A DNA stretch of 40,721 nt, taken from a virus. The stretch lies in IMG/VR virus record IMGVR_UViG_3300029503_000002, positions 1 through 40,721 of that record; one strand, written 5' to 3'. Below, piece by piece: positions 32,465-40,566 of this stretch. The notes beneath the pieces were generated by a model that was not told the DNA's origin, did no database searches, and worked only from the letters and a program-made list of their open reading frames with translations. Numbering within the stretch: the stretch's first letter is position 1; each line of letters begins with the position of its first letter. A program made the translations under genes and the position numbers.

Positions 32465-32505
32465 ATAAAAAAAGACCATCCTTCTAAATCAGAAAGATGG
32501 TCTTT
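32465..32505 (-). terminator. Strong intrinsic terminator overlapping the stop codon of the regulator gene
   Basis: Minus strand aaagaccatc-tttctgatttagaag-gatggtcttt followed by TTTTTATG. Confidence 0.7.
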
Positions 32506-32909
32506 ACTTGTATTTGTAAATATTCAATTATCTTTTGCTGACGTTCAATGAATCCAGTATCCTTCCATACATCTGCACACTTGTCCAGCGCGTCCCTCTC
32601 CCAGTTCTTGATCGAATCAAGACAAGGTTGATATCGGTCAATGGCATCTTGTAAAGGAATGGAAAGCATCTGTGCATAACAGTAAGGGAAGCGTTCTACT
32701 GTTTCATCCTGCGTCAGTCCGTGCAAGTATCGCAGCTGCATCACAAGTTGTTCCTTTTCCGAAAATGAGATATAAGAAAAGGCCAGCACTTTCGCCGGCC
32801 TTGAATTACATCTTTTGAGCATTGCGCGCACATCATCTCGATTCACGCGATCACCTACTTTTTGCGGGAAGGCTTTTTCTGTCTTCCAGTACCATGGCAT
32901 ACATTGCAA
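32484..32909 (-). CDS. Small sigma-region-4/LuxR-like HTH protein (candidate regulator of the accessory operon)
   Basis: SEKEQLVMQLRYLHGLTQDETVERF resembles a region-4 HTH. The start is uncertain: TTG 32909, ATG 32900, or GTG 32846 after GGTGA. Confidence 0.45.
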   Translation of the reverse strand: MQCMPWYWKTEKAFPQKVGDRVNRDDVRAMLKRCNSRPAKVLAFSYISFSEKEQLVMQLRYLHGLTQDETVERFPYCYAQMLSIPLQDAIDRYQPCLDSIKNWERDALDKCADVWKDTGFIERQQKIIEYLQIQVKTIFLI

Positions 32910-32985
32910 ATCATGGTATCATCGTTAGATGCCGTTTTTCTTTTTCTTGTGCGTGTGACAGTAACTGTTTGTGTTGCTCTTGCCA

Positions 32986-33357
32986 TTAACTATTACCTCC
33001 CTGAGGGTTTGTCCCTTGAGGTTCAGTTTTTTCTGTCCCTTCATAATGAGTTGCAGAATCTTTATACTGATTTCCCTCAACATTGTTGATTTCTGCGCTG
33101 TCACCTTCTACGGTTTGAGTAGTAGTGGTTGTTGTCTCATACTCCCACTGGCTTTCGTACCAAAGGAAAGCACCAACAATAATTAAGTTGGCAATAATGG
33201 ATGCAATCAGTACAATCCACATTCTCTTGAAATATCTCTCATACTGCTGCGATACGTCTGCTAAAATTCTGGCAACCATAACGCTCTGTTTCATTGTATC
33301 ATTTTCGTTTTCCAGTTCCTTTGTGAGCTTGTCTTTATTTGTCTCTTTATTATCCAC
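32986..33357 (-). CDS. Single-pass membrane protein of the lysis region
   Basis: 123 aa. TM segment WIVLIASIIANLIIVGAFLW, a Thr run and an acidic tail. Confidence 0.5.
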   Translation of the reverse strand: MDNKETNKDKLTKELENENDTMKQSVMVARILADVSQQYERYFKRMWIVLIASIIANLIIVGAFLWYESQWEYETTTTTTQTVEGDSAEINNVEGNQYKDSATHYEGTEKTEPQGTNPQGGNS

Positions 33358-33369
33358 ACCGATTCTCCT

Positions 33370-33690
33370 TTATTTTATGATAAGGGTCATAAATGAGCCG
33401 ACTAAAGCACCGACAACAGCAGTAATGGAAGATTTTACAACCGCATCCCAGTTTTTAGCCGGGGCACTGGAAAGCTGCAAAACCAACTGGTCAACCTTTT
33501 GCTCAATCTTCTCAACCTTTTCCAAGGTCGTGCTGATCTTCTCAAAGTTAATTGCCTTACCTTGCTTGAGTTCGTTGATGTCATGGAACATTTCTGAATG
33601 GGTGTCAGAATTGTGCTTCATGTCCTGCTCAAGCCTTTCAACGCGGGATAACAGCGGGCAGTTGTTGCAATTACATTCTGCCATAGGCAA
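33370..33690 (-). CDS. XhlA-like (haemolysin XhlA family) lysis accessory protein
   Basis: 106 aa, coiled coil plus a C-terminal TM segment (ITAVVGALVGSFMTLII), in a PBSX-like position. Confidence 0.6.
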   Translation of the reverse strand: MPMAECNCNNCPLLSRVERLEQDMKHNSDTHSEMFHDINELKQGKAINFEKISTTLEKVEKIEQKVDQLVLQLSSAPAKNWDAVVKSSITAVVGALVGSFMTLIIK

Positions 33691-33696
33691 TTCACC

Positions 33697-34188
33697 TTAC
33701 TTTTTAAAATAGTCTTTGATAGCCTCACAGACCGCCTGTGCAACGCCTTCTTTTTTTGGAACAAATAGGTGCAGCATCGGAGACTTGTCCTGATAGAACC
33801 ATGGAATGTCTTTGACTTCTTCGAGAGGAATTTCCACTGCACCAAGGAAAGATGGGTCAATTCCAATCATCTTGAGGTGATGTTTATAGAAGCCCTGAGC
33901 CTTGCGGCTTTCCTCATAGTCTCGTTTGACTTCATGTCCCAAACGGTCGCCGAGAAGTCCCTGAACCCTTGTGAGTTTTACCTTGCACTGTGCTGCTTCC
34001 TCAACAAACAGGGTATACACAGGTTTTTCTTCTGAAATGCCGTAATATGCAGCATAAGAGTTTGGAACGTCCAGAAGAACTACATTGTTAAAGTTTTCGG
34101 CTTTGAGTACTTCCACAATATTCTTTGCGGTCTGATTATCGCCAACGATCATTACTTTTTTGTTGCCGTAAAATGCGTTCAGTGCCAT
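33697..34188 (-). CDS. Hypothetical alpha/beta protein
   Basis: 163 aa. KKVMIVGDNQTAKNIVEVLK is Rossmann/flavodoxin-like. No lysis-related features. Confidence 0.5.
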   Translation of the reverse strand: MALNAFYGNKKVMIVGDNQTAKNIVEVLKAENFNNVVLLDVPNSYAAYYGISEEKPVYTLFVEEAAQCKVKLTRVQGLLGDRLGHEVKRDYEESRKAQGFYKHHLKMIGIDPSFLGAVEIPLEEVKDIPWFYQDKSPMLHLFVPKKEGVAQAVCEAIKDYFKK

Positions 34189-34218
34189 GTTGTTACCTCC
34201 ATTATATCATTTTGTTTC

Positions 34219-34569
34219 TTAAAAACCAACCGGCTGGCTGATTTTTTCTTCATGATCTAATCCCAATTCTTTCCATGCGTTTTCAATTGCAATCTGGATG
34301 GTATCAGTATCAATTTTAATTCCATGAGCAGCACACTGTTTTTCAATGTACTTTTTGGCTTCTTCAAATTTTTTGGCTCCGTTACCAGCACCAATTAGGA
34401 TTTCTGCCGCCTGTACACCTGCCAGTGCGTAGTTTTTAATGGTTTCCCACTGTTCATTGGTGACTTTGCTCTTGACCCATGTTCTAAGAGCTGGAATAAC
34501 AATACCTGTCATGATAAGCCCTACCAGACCAATAGCAGACACAATGATATCGGTAATGTCAATGTTCAT
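34219..34569 (-). CDS. LL-H-family holin-like protein
   Basis: 116 aa. N-terminal TM IIVSAIGLVGLIMTGIVIPAL followed by a soluble helical domain. Confidence 0.55.
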   Translation of the reverse strand: MNIDITDIIVSAIGLVGLIMTGIVIPALRTWVKSKVTNEQWETIKNYALAGVQAAEILIGAGNGAKKFEEAKKYIEKQCAAHGIKIDTDTIQIAIENAWKELGLDHEEKISQPVGF

Positions 34570-34581
34570 GAAAAAGTCCTC

Positions 34582-34902
34582 CTACTCTTCATAAATGATT
34601 TCAAGCCCATAGGCTTTGGCTGCTTCATGCTCGATTCTGCATCCTCTCGCATTTTCCCATCCTTTGCAGAAGTAAACAGCATCGCACAAACTCATGTGAT
34701 CCAAAGATTTTGCAAGGAAGCAAAGCGGAATCTGAACAACACCACGCTGTTCCATATTTTCTTTGTTGTACCACTCATCTGTAAACAGAGTGTTTACAAG
34801 TTCATATCCTTTGCTTTTCAAAACTTTGATTGCCTTTTCTCTGGTTGCAATGATTTCTTCATCGGTTTTTCTGGCCATTGGCTGGGATAACATAGCTTTC
34901 AT
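34582..34902 (-). CDS. DUF4406-like (nucleoside 2-deoxyribosyltransferase-like fold) protein
   Basis: CDAVYFCKGWENARGCRIEHEAAKAYGLEI matches the conserved DUF4406 C-terminal block. Confidence 0.55.
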   Translation of the reverse strand: MKAMLSQPMARKTDEEIIATREKAIKVLKSKGYELVNTLFTDEWYNKENMEQRGVVQIPLCFLAKSLDHMSLCDAVYFCKGWENARGCRIEHEAAKAYGLEIIYEE

Positions 34903-34913
34903 GATATTTCCTC

Positions 34914-35750
34914 CTAAATCGTTGTCACAAATCCGGCGATTCCTTTTTTCTTCAAATCGTCAGCTGTTTTCTGTGCAGTTCCTTTGTCTGCAAACTTGCC
35001 CACACAGACCCTGTCAGTGCTGTTTTCACCAGTAACAAACGCATAATAGCCCATGCCTGAGAGTTTATTTTGCATTGACGCAGCATTCACTCGGTTTGTA
35101 AATGCTCCCACCTGTACAGTGTATGGCAAGGATTCTGGCTTGTCCTGTGGTGTTGTCTGTGGCGGCTGTGCGCCCGTCTGTGGGTTTTCTTTGATTCCCA
35201 GATAATCAAGCACACCAAGAGCATAAACCTTTCCATAGGCTTTCTGCTCGGCTGTGGTGTTATAGTCTGCGCTGTCTGTGGCATTGTCCACGAAAAATCC
35301 CTCACAGAGCACCGCCGGACAGTTTACCTGTCTGCACCAGCCAAAGTAATCTGTTCCGGATGAATTCAACTTTGTCTTAAGCCCATTAGGTCCATGGGTA
35401 TTCTGACCGGATGCCTTGACCCTTGCTTCGATGCACTGTGCCAGCTTCATAGACTGAGCCTTATAACCGTTGGTCTGGTAATAAACTTCAAAGCCGTCAC
35501 CGCCGCCCGCGTTGTTATGTACCTCAACGGCAATATCAGGCTTGAAAGCGTTTGCTTCCTTGATTTCCTCACTGAGCGGGTCATCTTCCTCACGAGTTCG
35601 GGAGATTCCAACCGTGATTCCGTATTTCTCCAGCTCCTCCTTCATACCCAAAGCCATCTGTAAATTAGCTTCAGATTCCTTGACGTACTTGACCGCGCCG
35701 GGGTCTTTGCCCCCATGCCCAACGCCAATAAATACTCGTTTTGTCATCAT
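34914..35750 (-). CDS. Endolysin: N-acetylmuramoyl-L-alanine amidase (Amidase_3) with a C-terminal SPOR domain
   Basis: VFIGVGHGGKDPGA...AVEVHNNAGGG (Amidase_3). YTVQVGAFTNRVNAASMQNKL...CVGKFADKGTAQKTADDLKKKG (SPOR). Confidence 0.85.
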   Translation of the reverse strand: MMTKRVFIGVGHGGKDPGAVKYVKESEANLQMALGMKEELEKYGITVGISRTREEDDPLSEEIKEANAFKPDIAVEVHNNAGGGDGFEVYYQTNGYKAQSMKLAQCIEARVKASGQNTHGPNGLKTKLNSSGTDYFGWCRQVNCPAVLCEGFFVDNATDSADYNTTAEQKAYGKVYALGVLDYLGIKENPQTGAQPPQTTPQDKPESLPYTVQVGAFTNRVNAASMQNKLSGMGYYAFVTGENSTDRVCVGKFADKGTAQKTADDLKKKGIAGFVTTI

Positions 35751-36127
35751 TCCACACCTTTCTGTTCGTTTGTTGTTTCTTCTTTTGTCTGACCGTCAAA
35801 TCCTTTTTTCAGCGCTCCTGCCCTGCCGTGCTGCTTGATCAGCTGATTGAGGCAGATTGCTGCCGCCGCCAGCACATAGCCTTGCCCGACGCTCACCGCC
35901 GCCAGAATCACCCACTGCATCCAGCCCACCGGCTCGCAGGCAGCCACACTCACCAGCGCCGACAGCAGCACCCCCACCAGGCACAGGATGCCCGGTATCA
36001 GGGTATCATCGATGCGGATGGAGCGCTTGATGATACTCCCCAGCGCATACAGGCAAGGCACCAGCCACACCGTTTCCGGCGATATGTACTCCTTCACCAG
36101 CGCCGAGATTTCGCTTAACTCGTTCAT
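35747..36127 (-). CDS. Multi-pass holin
   Basis: 126 aa with 3-4 hydrophobic segments, directly upstream of and overlapping the endolysin. Charged C-terminal tail. Confidence 0.65.
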   Translation of the reverse strand: MNELSEISALVKEYISPETVWLVPCLYALGSIIKRSIRIDDTLIPGILCLVGVLLSALVSVAACEPVGWMQWVILAAVSVGQGYVLAAAAICLNQLIKQHGRAGALKKGFDGQTKEETTNEQKGVE

Positions 36128-36235
36128 CTTTTAAATCACCTCCTTTCATATAAAACTCCAAAGCAAAAGGGAAATTGCCCCAAAAAGAGCAACTTCCCTT
36201 CTTTTACAGTCTGCTGTTTTACAGACTTTCGTCTC

Positions 36236-36406
36236 CTATGCCGCCGGAGTATCTCCAATCAGCTCTTTAAGCTCGGTGTACTGCTCCGGTGTAATCCTGT
36301 CAAAGAGCATAAAGACATCCAGTTTCGACTGCCAGTCCGACCTGTTCAAAGCGCCGGATGCCTTCTGTCTGATAATTGTGCGTTTCATCATTTCGTAGGT
36401 TGCCAT
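36236..36406 (-). CDS. XkdX-like small protein (56 aa)
   Basis: Manual ORF MATYEMMKRTIIRQKASGALNRSDWQSKLDVFMLFDRITPEQYTELKELIGDTPAA. The ITxEQYxELxG ending is typical of XkdX. Confidence 0.55.
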   Translation of the reverse strand: MATYEMMKRTIIRQKASGALNRSDWQSKLDVFMLFDRITPEQYTELKELIGDTPAA

Positions 36407-36424
36407 AATCATTTCTCCTTTGTT

Positions 36425-36736
36425 TTACATATTGGAAGCACTCAGGCTTTCAAGCATTAAGATTCTAAAATCTGTGTCGATGATGTTTTCGTCGAGCTTT
36501 GCCTGCACCTCGGCAAGACGTTTGTGGGTTTCTGCCAGCGGGTCGAAGGGCAGGATTTCCTCCTCCTGCTGGGTTTCGGGGTCGGTGCGGTAAAAGCATC
36601 CTTCTCGGTATGTATCGCCGATTCCCGCACCCAGCCCGTCCGGGATGGTGACGGCATTGCCAAAATCAGAGGCATTGCGCGGGTCGATTTCGATGATGTT
36701 TACGATGGTGTCGTTATCAATTACTGCGTGTCGCAT
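36425..36736 (-). CDS. XkdW-position small tail-fibre-associated protein
   Basis: 103 aa between the tail fibre and the XkdX-like gene. Confidence 0.35.
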   Translation of the reverse strand: MRHAVIDNDTIVNIIEIDPRNASDFGNAVTIPDGLGAGIGDTYREGCFYRTDPETQQEEEILPFDPLAETHKRLAEVQAKLDENIIDTDFRILMLESLSASNM

Positions 36737-36748
36737 GATTTCCCTCCT

Positions 36749-38446
36749 TTATGCTCTTGCATCGCGGATGATGACGATGCCTTGGGCACCTTTACTTTTT
36801 CCACTGCTCGAACCACCTCCTCCACCTCCATAACCGCCACCTGGACCGCCTCCCCTTAGACTTCCTGCACTTGCCCCATGTGCAGCTATTACAGGGGTTC
36901 CTTCTCCGCCTGGAGCACCTCCGTATAAATCTCGACCGCCACCACCACCGGAATAAAGCGCTCCTTCTGGTTCTCCAAATTCACGGGTTGTCCTTCCTTG
37001 CCCTCTTCCTCCATAAGAGTAGCTGCTTAAGTTCTCTCCGTTTCCTCCATCACTTCCACCCCTTCCTGCAGTTCCACTAGGATTAGATGGGTCGCTTTCT
37101 CTTTCTCCCCCACCTCCACCGGAACCTCCATCTCCTCCAATGCCATTAAGTCGTGTACTTGTTCCACCTTGTGCATACAAATTTCCATAATAGGATGTTC
37201 CTCCACTCCCATCTTCTCCAGCAGCACCAACATATATTTGTACCCTTTGATTTTTTTCTAAATTCTGTTTTTTGTGGGTCTGCGTATATCCTCCACCACC
37301 TCCACCTGCACTGCCACTACCACCCCCGCCGACCAAAAAGACATCAATCTGCGCATCCTCCGACAGCCACTCGAGCACGCCGGAGGAAAGGAATTTGATA
37401 CGCCAGTGGTTGTTTTCATCTTTAATTAGTTGATGATCTCCTGTATAAGAATATCTCGGCAAAAATGCCGGTGTATAGTTCTTTACAACAGGGTCTTTGT
37501 ATTTGCCGTTCTTGCCGATAGCAAAAATACCAAAGCGGTAATCAATGCTGTCTTGCAAGTTGTCCACTGTGACGGTCGTGCCTGTGCCATCATAGACCTG
37601 TGTGCCGTCGTTCGGGTTCTCCGGTGCGCTTCCAATCTTCTGGATGACCTTGACCGTCTGCAAATTGGTCGATACCGGGTTTGTCCAGGAAAGCGTTGCC
37701 TGGCTTTTGTTTGGGGTCAGCACCACATCACTGACCTGATCCGGCACTGCCGACAGTTCTACGCTTGCAATCGCCCCCGTTGCGTCCATCTGGTATTTGT
37801 TCTGGCTGTTGTAGGCATAGCCCCTCGCATAGTAGGTGCGCTCAAACTGCAAGCCCTCGCTCTGGGTCACTGTGGTGGCACTGCCTTTGTACACCTGCAC
37901 TCCGTCTGTTACGCCGTTTGGTGCGCTGCCCTCTTTGACTACCAGCACCATTCCGGCAAAGTTTTCATCCACCGGGTTTGTCCATGTCCACACAATCGAA
38001 GGGCTTTCCCCCTCCTGCGCCACGCCCTGCAAATTGCTGATCTGCGCCGGCAGCGGCTTTGGTGTTCCCACGCCCGATGCAGCCCAGCATTTCCTCGCCG
38101 CTTTGTCAAAATTCAGCGTTACCACTTCCCCAGCTTTGAACGCTTCACTGTCCGCCGGGTCGCTGCCCTGATACAGGTTATATGCTACCCCGTCCACTGT
38201 GATCGCATCATCTTCCGCAAACGTCCGCGGCATTTTGACGGTCAGCGAGAACAGCTCTGTGGCAATTTTGAGCGCCGGTGTGATTGCAAAATCAGTGCCT
38301 TCTGCTTTCACTGTACCGGTGTTGGAAAAGCCGTTCCAGTTTTCTGCAAACTCATCCAAAGCAACAAAGTTCGTAGTAACCTCACTGATTCTTGCCCGGT
38401 CCTTTGGACCCGCTACTTTTAATCCAAGCAGTTTGGTTGTATCCAA
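36749..38446 (-). CDS. Tail fibre / receptor-binding protein: two FN3-like repeats + C-terminal glycine-rich domain
   Basis: Internal repeat WTWTNPVDENFAGMVLVVKEGSAPNGVTDGVQVYKGSATTVT versus LSWTNPVSTNLQTVKVIQKIGSAPENPNDGTQVYDGTGTTVT. The last 200 or so aa are full of GGGG(S/G) runs. Confidence 0.75.
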   Translation of the reverse strand: MDTTKLLGLKVAGPKDRARISEVTTNFVALDEFAENWNGFSNTGTVKAEGTDFAITPALKIATELFSLTVKMPRTFAEDDAITVDGVAYNLYQGSDPADSEAFKAGEVVTLNFDKAARKCWAASGVGTPKPLPAQISNLQGVAQEGESPSIVWTWTNPVDENFAGMVLVVKEGSAPNGVTDGVQVYKGSATTVTQSEGLQFERTYYARGYAYNSQNKYQMDATGAIASVELSAVPDQVSDVVLTPNKSQATLSWTNPVSTNLQTVKVIQKIGSAPENPNDGTQVYDGTGTTVTVDNLQDSIDYRFGIFAIGKNGKYKDPVVKNYTPAFLPRYSYTGDHQLIKDENNHWRIKFLSSGVLEWLSEDAQIDVFLVGGGGSGSAGGGGGGYTQTHKKQNLEKNQRVQIYVGAAGEDGSGGTSYYGNLYAQGGTSTRLNGIGGDGGSGGGGGERESDPSNPSGTAGRGGSDGGNGENLSSYSYGGRGQGRTTREFGEPEGALYSGGGGGRDLYGGAPGGEGTPVIAAHGASAGSLRGGGPGGGYGGGGGGSSSGKSKGAQGIVIIRDARA

Positions 38447-39097
38447 TTATTCTACCCCCTGTTCTATTCTTTCCCAGGTTGTTACTTCAAGATCTTCCCA
38501 GGTCTCATATTTTTCTTCTACCTCTTCCCATGTTTTGTACAGGAATTTAACAACTACCTTGAGGTTTGCGGGAATCATTTCATACAGCATCCGGATCAGC
38601 GGTGAAACATCCGCTATTTCGATTGTGTTTTTGTAGGTAATCAGAATCGTGTACGGTTCCAGCTCCATATAAAAATCTTCCCAGTTAAAAAAAGACACCG
38701 CGTCCCAGGTATCGAAATCCTCCTCGATTTCCTCCCAGGTTCGGATGTCTTCATTCCACCAAAGGTGGATGTCTGCCGGTACACCTAAATAGGTCTCTAC
38801 AACCTGCCGCACCACTTCAAGGTTAATTGGCATACGGGAAAGCAAACGTGCCAGAACAGCCGCCCTGCGCTGCTCCAGCGTGCTTCCTGCCGGCGGCTTG
38901 ATTTTGAGAATCTTTTCCCAGCGGCTGATTCCGATTTCGGTTGCCGTGACAACAAACTGGTCCTTCATGGCAATGTCGAGCAATTCATAAATCCGTTCAA
39001 ATTCTGGATTTTCTGCGCTGGTGATATATCCCATTTCCCTTTGTTTTCTCACCAAAGGCGGCTGGTAATTTTGGATATTAACCTCCCGCATCTGCAA
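38447..39097 (-). CDS. XkdU/YmfQ-like (DUF2313) baseplate protein
   Basis: 216 aa after baseplate J. QFVVTATEIGISRWEKILKI...LEQRRAAVLARL motif. Confidence 0.65.
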   Translation of the reverse strand: MQMREVNIQNYQPPLVRKQREMGYITSAENPEFERIYELLDIAMKDQFVVTATEIGISRWEKILKIKPPAGSTLEQRRAAVLARLLSRMPINLEVVRQVVETYLGVPADIHLWWNEDIRTWEEIEEDFDTWDAVSFFNWEDFYMELEPYTILITYKNTIEIADVSPLIRMLYEMIPANLKVVVKFLYKTWEEVEEKYETWEDLEVTTWERIEQGVE

Positions 39098-40142
39098 TCA
39101 CTCCCAACTGTGGAATCTGGCTTGATTCAAGCTGCAGGTTTGCGTCCTGTGAGTTAATCCTTGTGTTTGCAATATCCAGCACGCCTTCCAGATCAAGGAT
39201 TCTTCTCTCAATCTGGGATATCCTCACAACAATCATGTCGGTATCTTCCCATTCTTTGGTGAGTTCCAGCAGATACGCCTTGACGCTTTCCTCTGCATCC
39301 GGCTTCACCTTTTCCCAGTTGTAACCGTCCTGATAGGTCAGATCAAAGATCACATCAATTTCCAGTTTCTTTGCTCCCGTAACAGTGGCATAATGCCCGA
39401 TTGGTGCAATCTTCATGCCCCAGCCATGGAAACCAGGCGGGTCAACTGCTTCCTGAATCTCTTCAATCATTTCTTCTGATGGGATGTTATATTCTCCATC
39501 CAGAAGCTCAAGCTTTACCGTTCCCGGACCGTTCCAGATTGGATATACCTTAACCGCTCCTACACCCGGAATTGCCTTGACTTTTTCTTTGTAATAGGCA
39601 ATGTTTCCTGCGTATGACTGATAATTGAAGGAATCCAGCACCCTTTCCCGGTATGATTCGGTGTCTTCTGCATCCTCACCCGGTACAATGATTTCTTCCA
39701 ACACTGCTTTGGTCAGCCCTTGGATGTATTCAATCGGGATCATGTCCCCCAGATGCCGGTTTCCTTCGGTGCCTGCGGTTTCACACTGGACCTTGTAGGT
39801 GTACTGGCTCATACGCTCAATCACGACAAAGTTCACCATGTCCACCGAAAACCGGCTTCCAATTGGAATTTCCATGTTAAACACTGCCCTGCCAATGGCA
39901 TAGGTTGCGGGATATGGTGAGACTTTCCGTTCCTCGCCATGCCGGATCAGGAACGGTCTGGAAGCGGTGTCTATAAATCCCTCTTGATAGATTCCGTCCA
40001 TCTCAATCAGAACGTTTTTAATTTCAAGTGCAGCAGCAGAAACAGCGTTCCAGTTAACGGAACCTTCGCTTTTGTCGGTTCCTTCCGGCATACTTTCCAG
40101 CATCCGGTTGCGTATCATTTCTACTGTGATATTTTCAAACAT
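39078..40142 (-). CDS. Baseplate J-like protein (XkdT-like)
   Basis: 354 aa. N-terminus MFENITVEMIRNRMLESMPEGTDKSEGSVNWNAVSAAALE is typical of Baseplate_J. Confidence 0.8.
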   Translation of the reverse strand: MFENITVEMIRNRMLESMPEGTDKSEGSVNWNAVSAAALEIKNVLIEMDGIYQEGFIDTASRPFLIRHGEERKVSPYPATYAIGRAVFNMEIPIGSRFSVDMVNFVVIERMSQYTYKVQCETAGTEGNRHLGDMIPIEYIQGLTKAVLEEIIVPGEDAEDTESYRERVLDSFNYQSYAGNIAYYKEKVKAIPGVGAVKVYPIWNGPGTVKLELLDGEYNIPSEEMIEEIQEAVDPPGFHGWGMKIAPIGHYATVTGAKKLEIDVIFDLTYQDGYNWEKVKPDAEESVKAYLLELTKEWEDTDMIVVRISQIERRILDLEGVLDIANTRINSQDANLQLESSQIPQLGVIADAGG

Positions 40143-40566
40143 TTTCCACGATCACCCCGCTTTCTGTCAGCATCAGCCCAACCGGAAAATTTCCCAGTTC
40201 ACTTTGCACATTGAAAGTTGTGTGCAATACAGGACCTTCATGGGTAAAAGAAAAGCCGTCCACTTTCGTGATACGGCTGTCTTTGAGTAGGGCTTCAATG
40301 ATTCTTCTCTTTAGCTCTGGCATAACATACGGCATAGGCTGTCCATACAGATCATAGGTCTGCAATCCATATTCCCATGAATAGATGGGATATTGATATC
40401 TTTCTATTCCCAACCTGTGATATACTGCCTGTTTTACCGCCTCAAGCCCGTCTGTCATGCCCGATATGATGTTGCTGTTTAAATCAAGGCGATAGGTCAA
40501 ACTAGGTTCCTGGACAATCTCAATTGGCTCTCTCAGAAGCCCTTGTGTTTTTGGTATCAAATCCAT
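40135..40566 (-). CDS. XkdS-like (DUF2634, gp25/W-like) baseplate protein
   Basis: 143 aa between the XkdR-like gene and baseplate J. Confidence 0.6.
   Translation of the reverse strand: MDLIPKTQGLLREPIEIVQEPSLTYRLDLNSNIISGMTDGLEAVKQAVYHRLGIERYQYPIYSWEYGLQTYDLYGQPMPYVMPELKRRIIEALLKDSRITKVDGFSFTHEGPVLHTTFNVQSELGNFPVGLMLTESGVIVENV

Noticed and set aside
35796-36118. ORFs 35796-35984 (minus) and 35741-36118 (plus) inside the holin gene
   Set aside because: The products are Arg/Gly/His-rich, typical of off-frame translation of GC-rich DNA. The holin frame shows clear transmembrane segments and couples to the endolysin.
36749-37444. A diversity-generating retroelement or variable repeat acting on the tail-fibre C-terminus
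   Set aside because: There is no reverse transcriptase gene and no second (template) copy of the region anywhere in the window. The repetitiveness comes from glycine codons.
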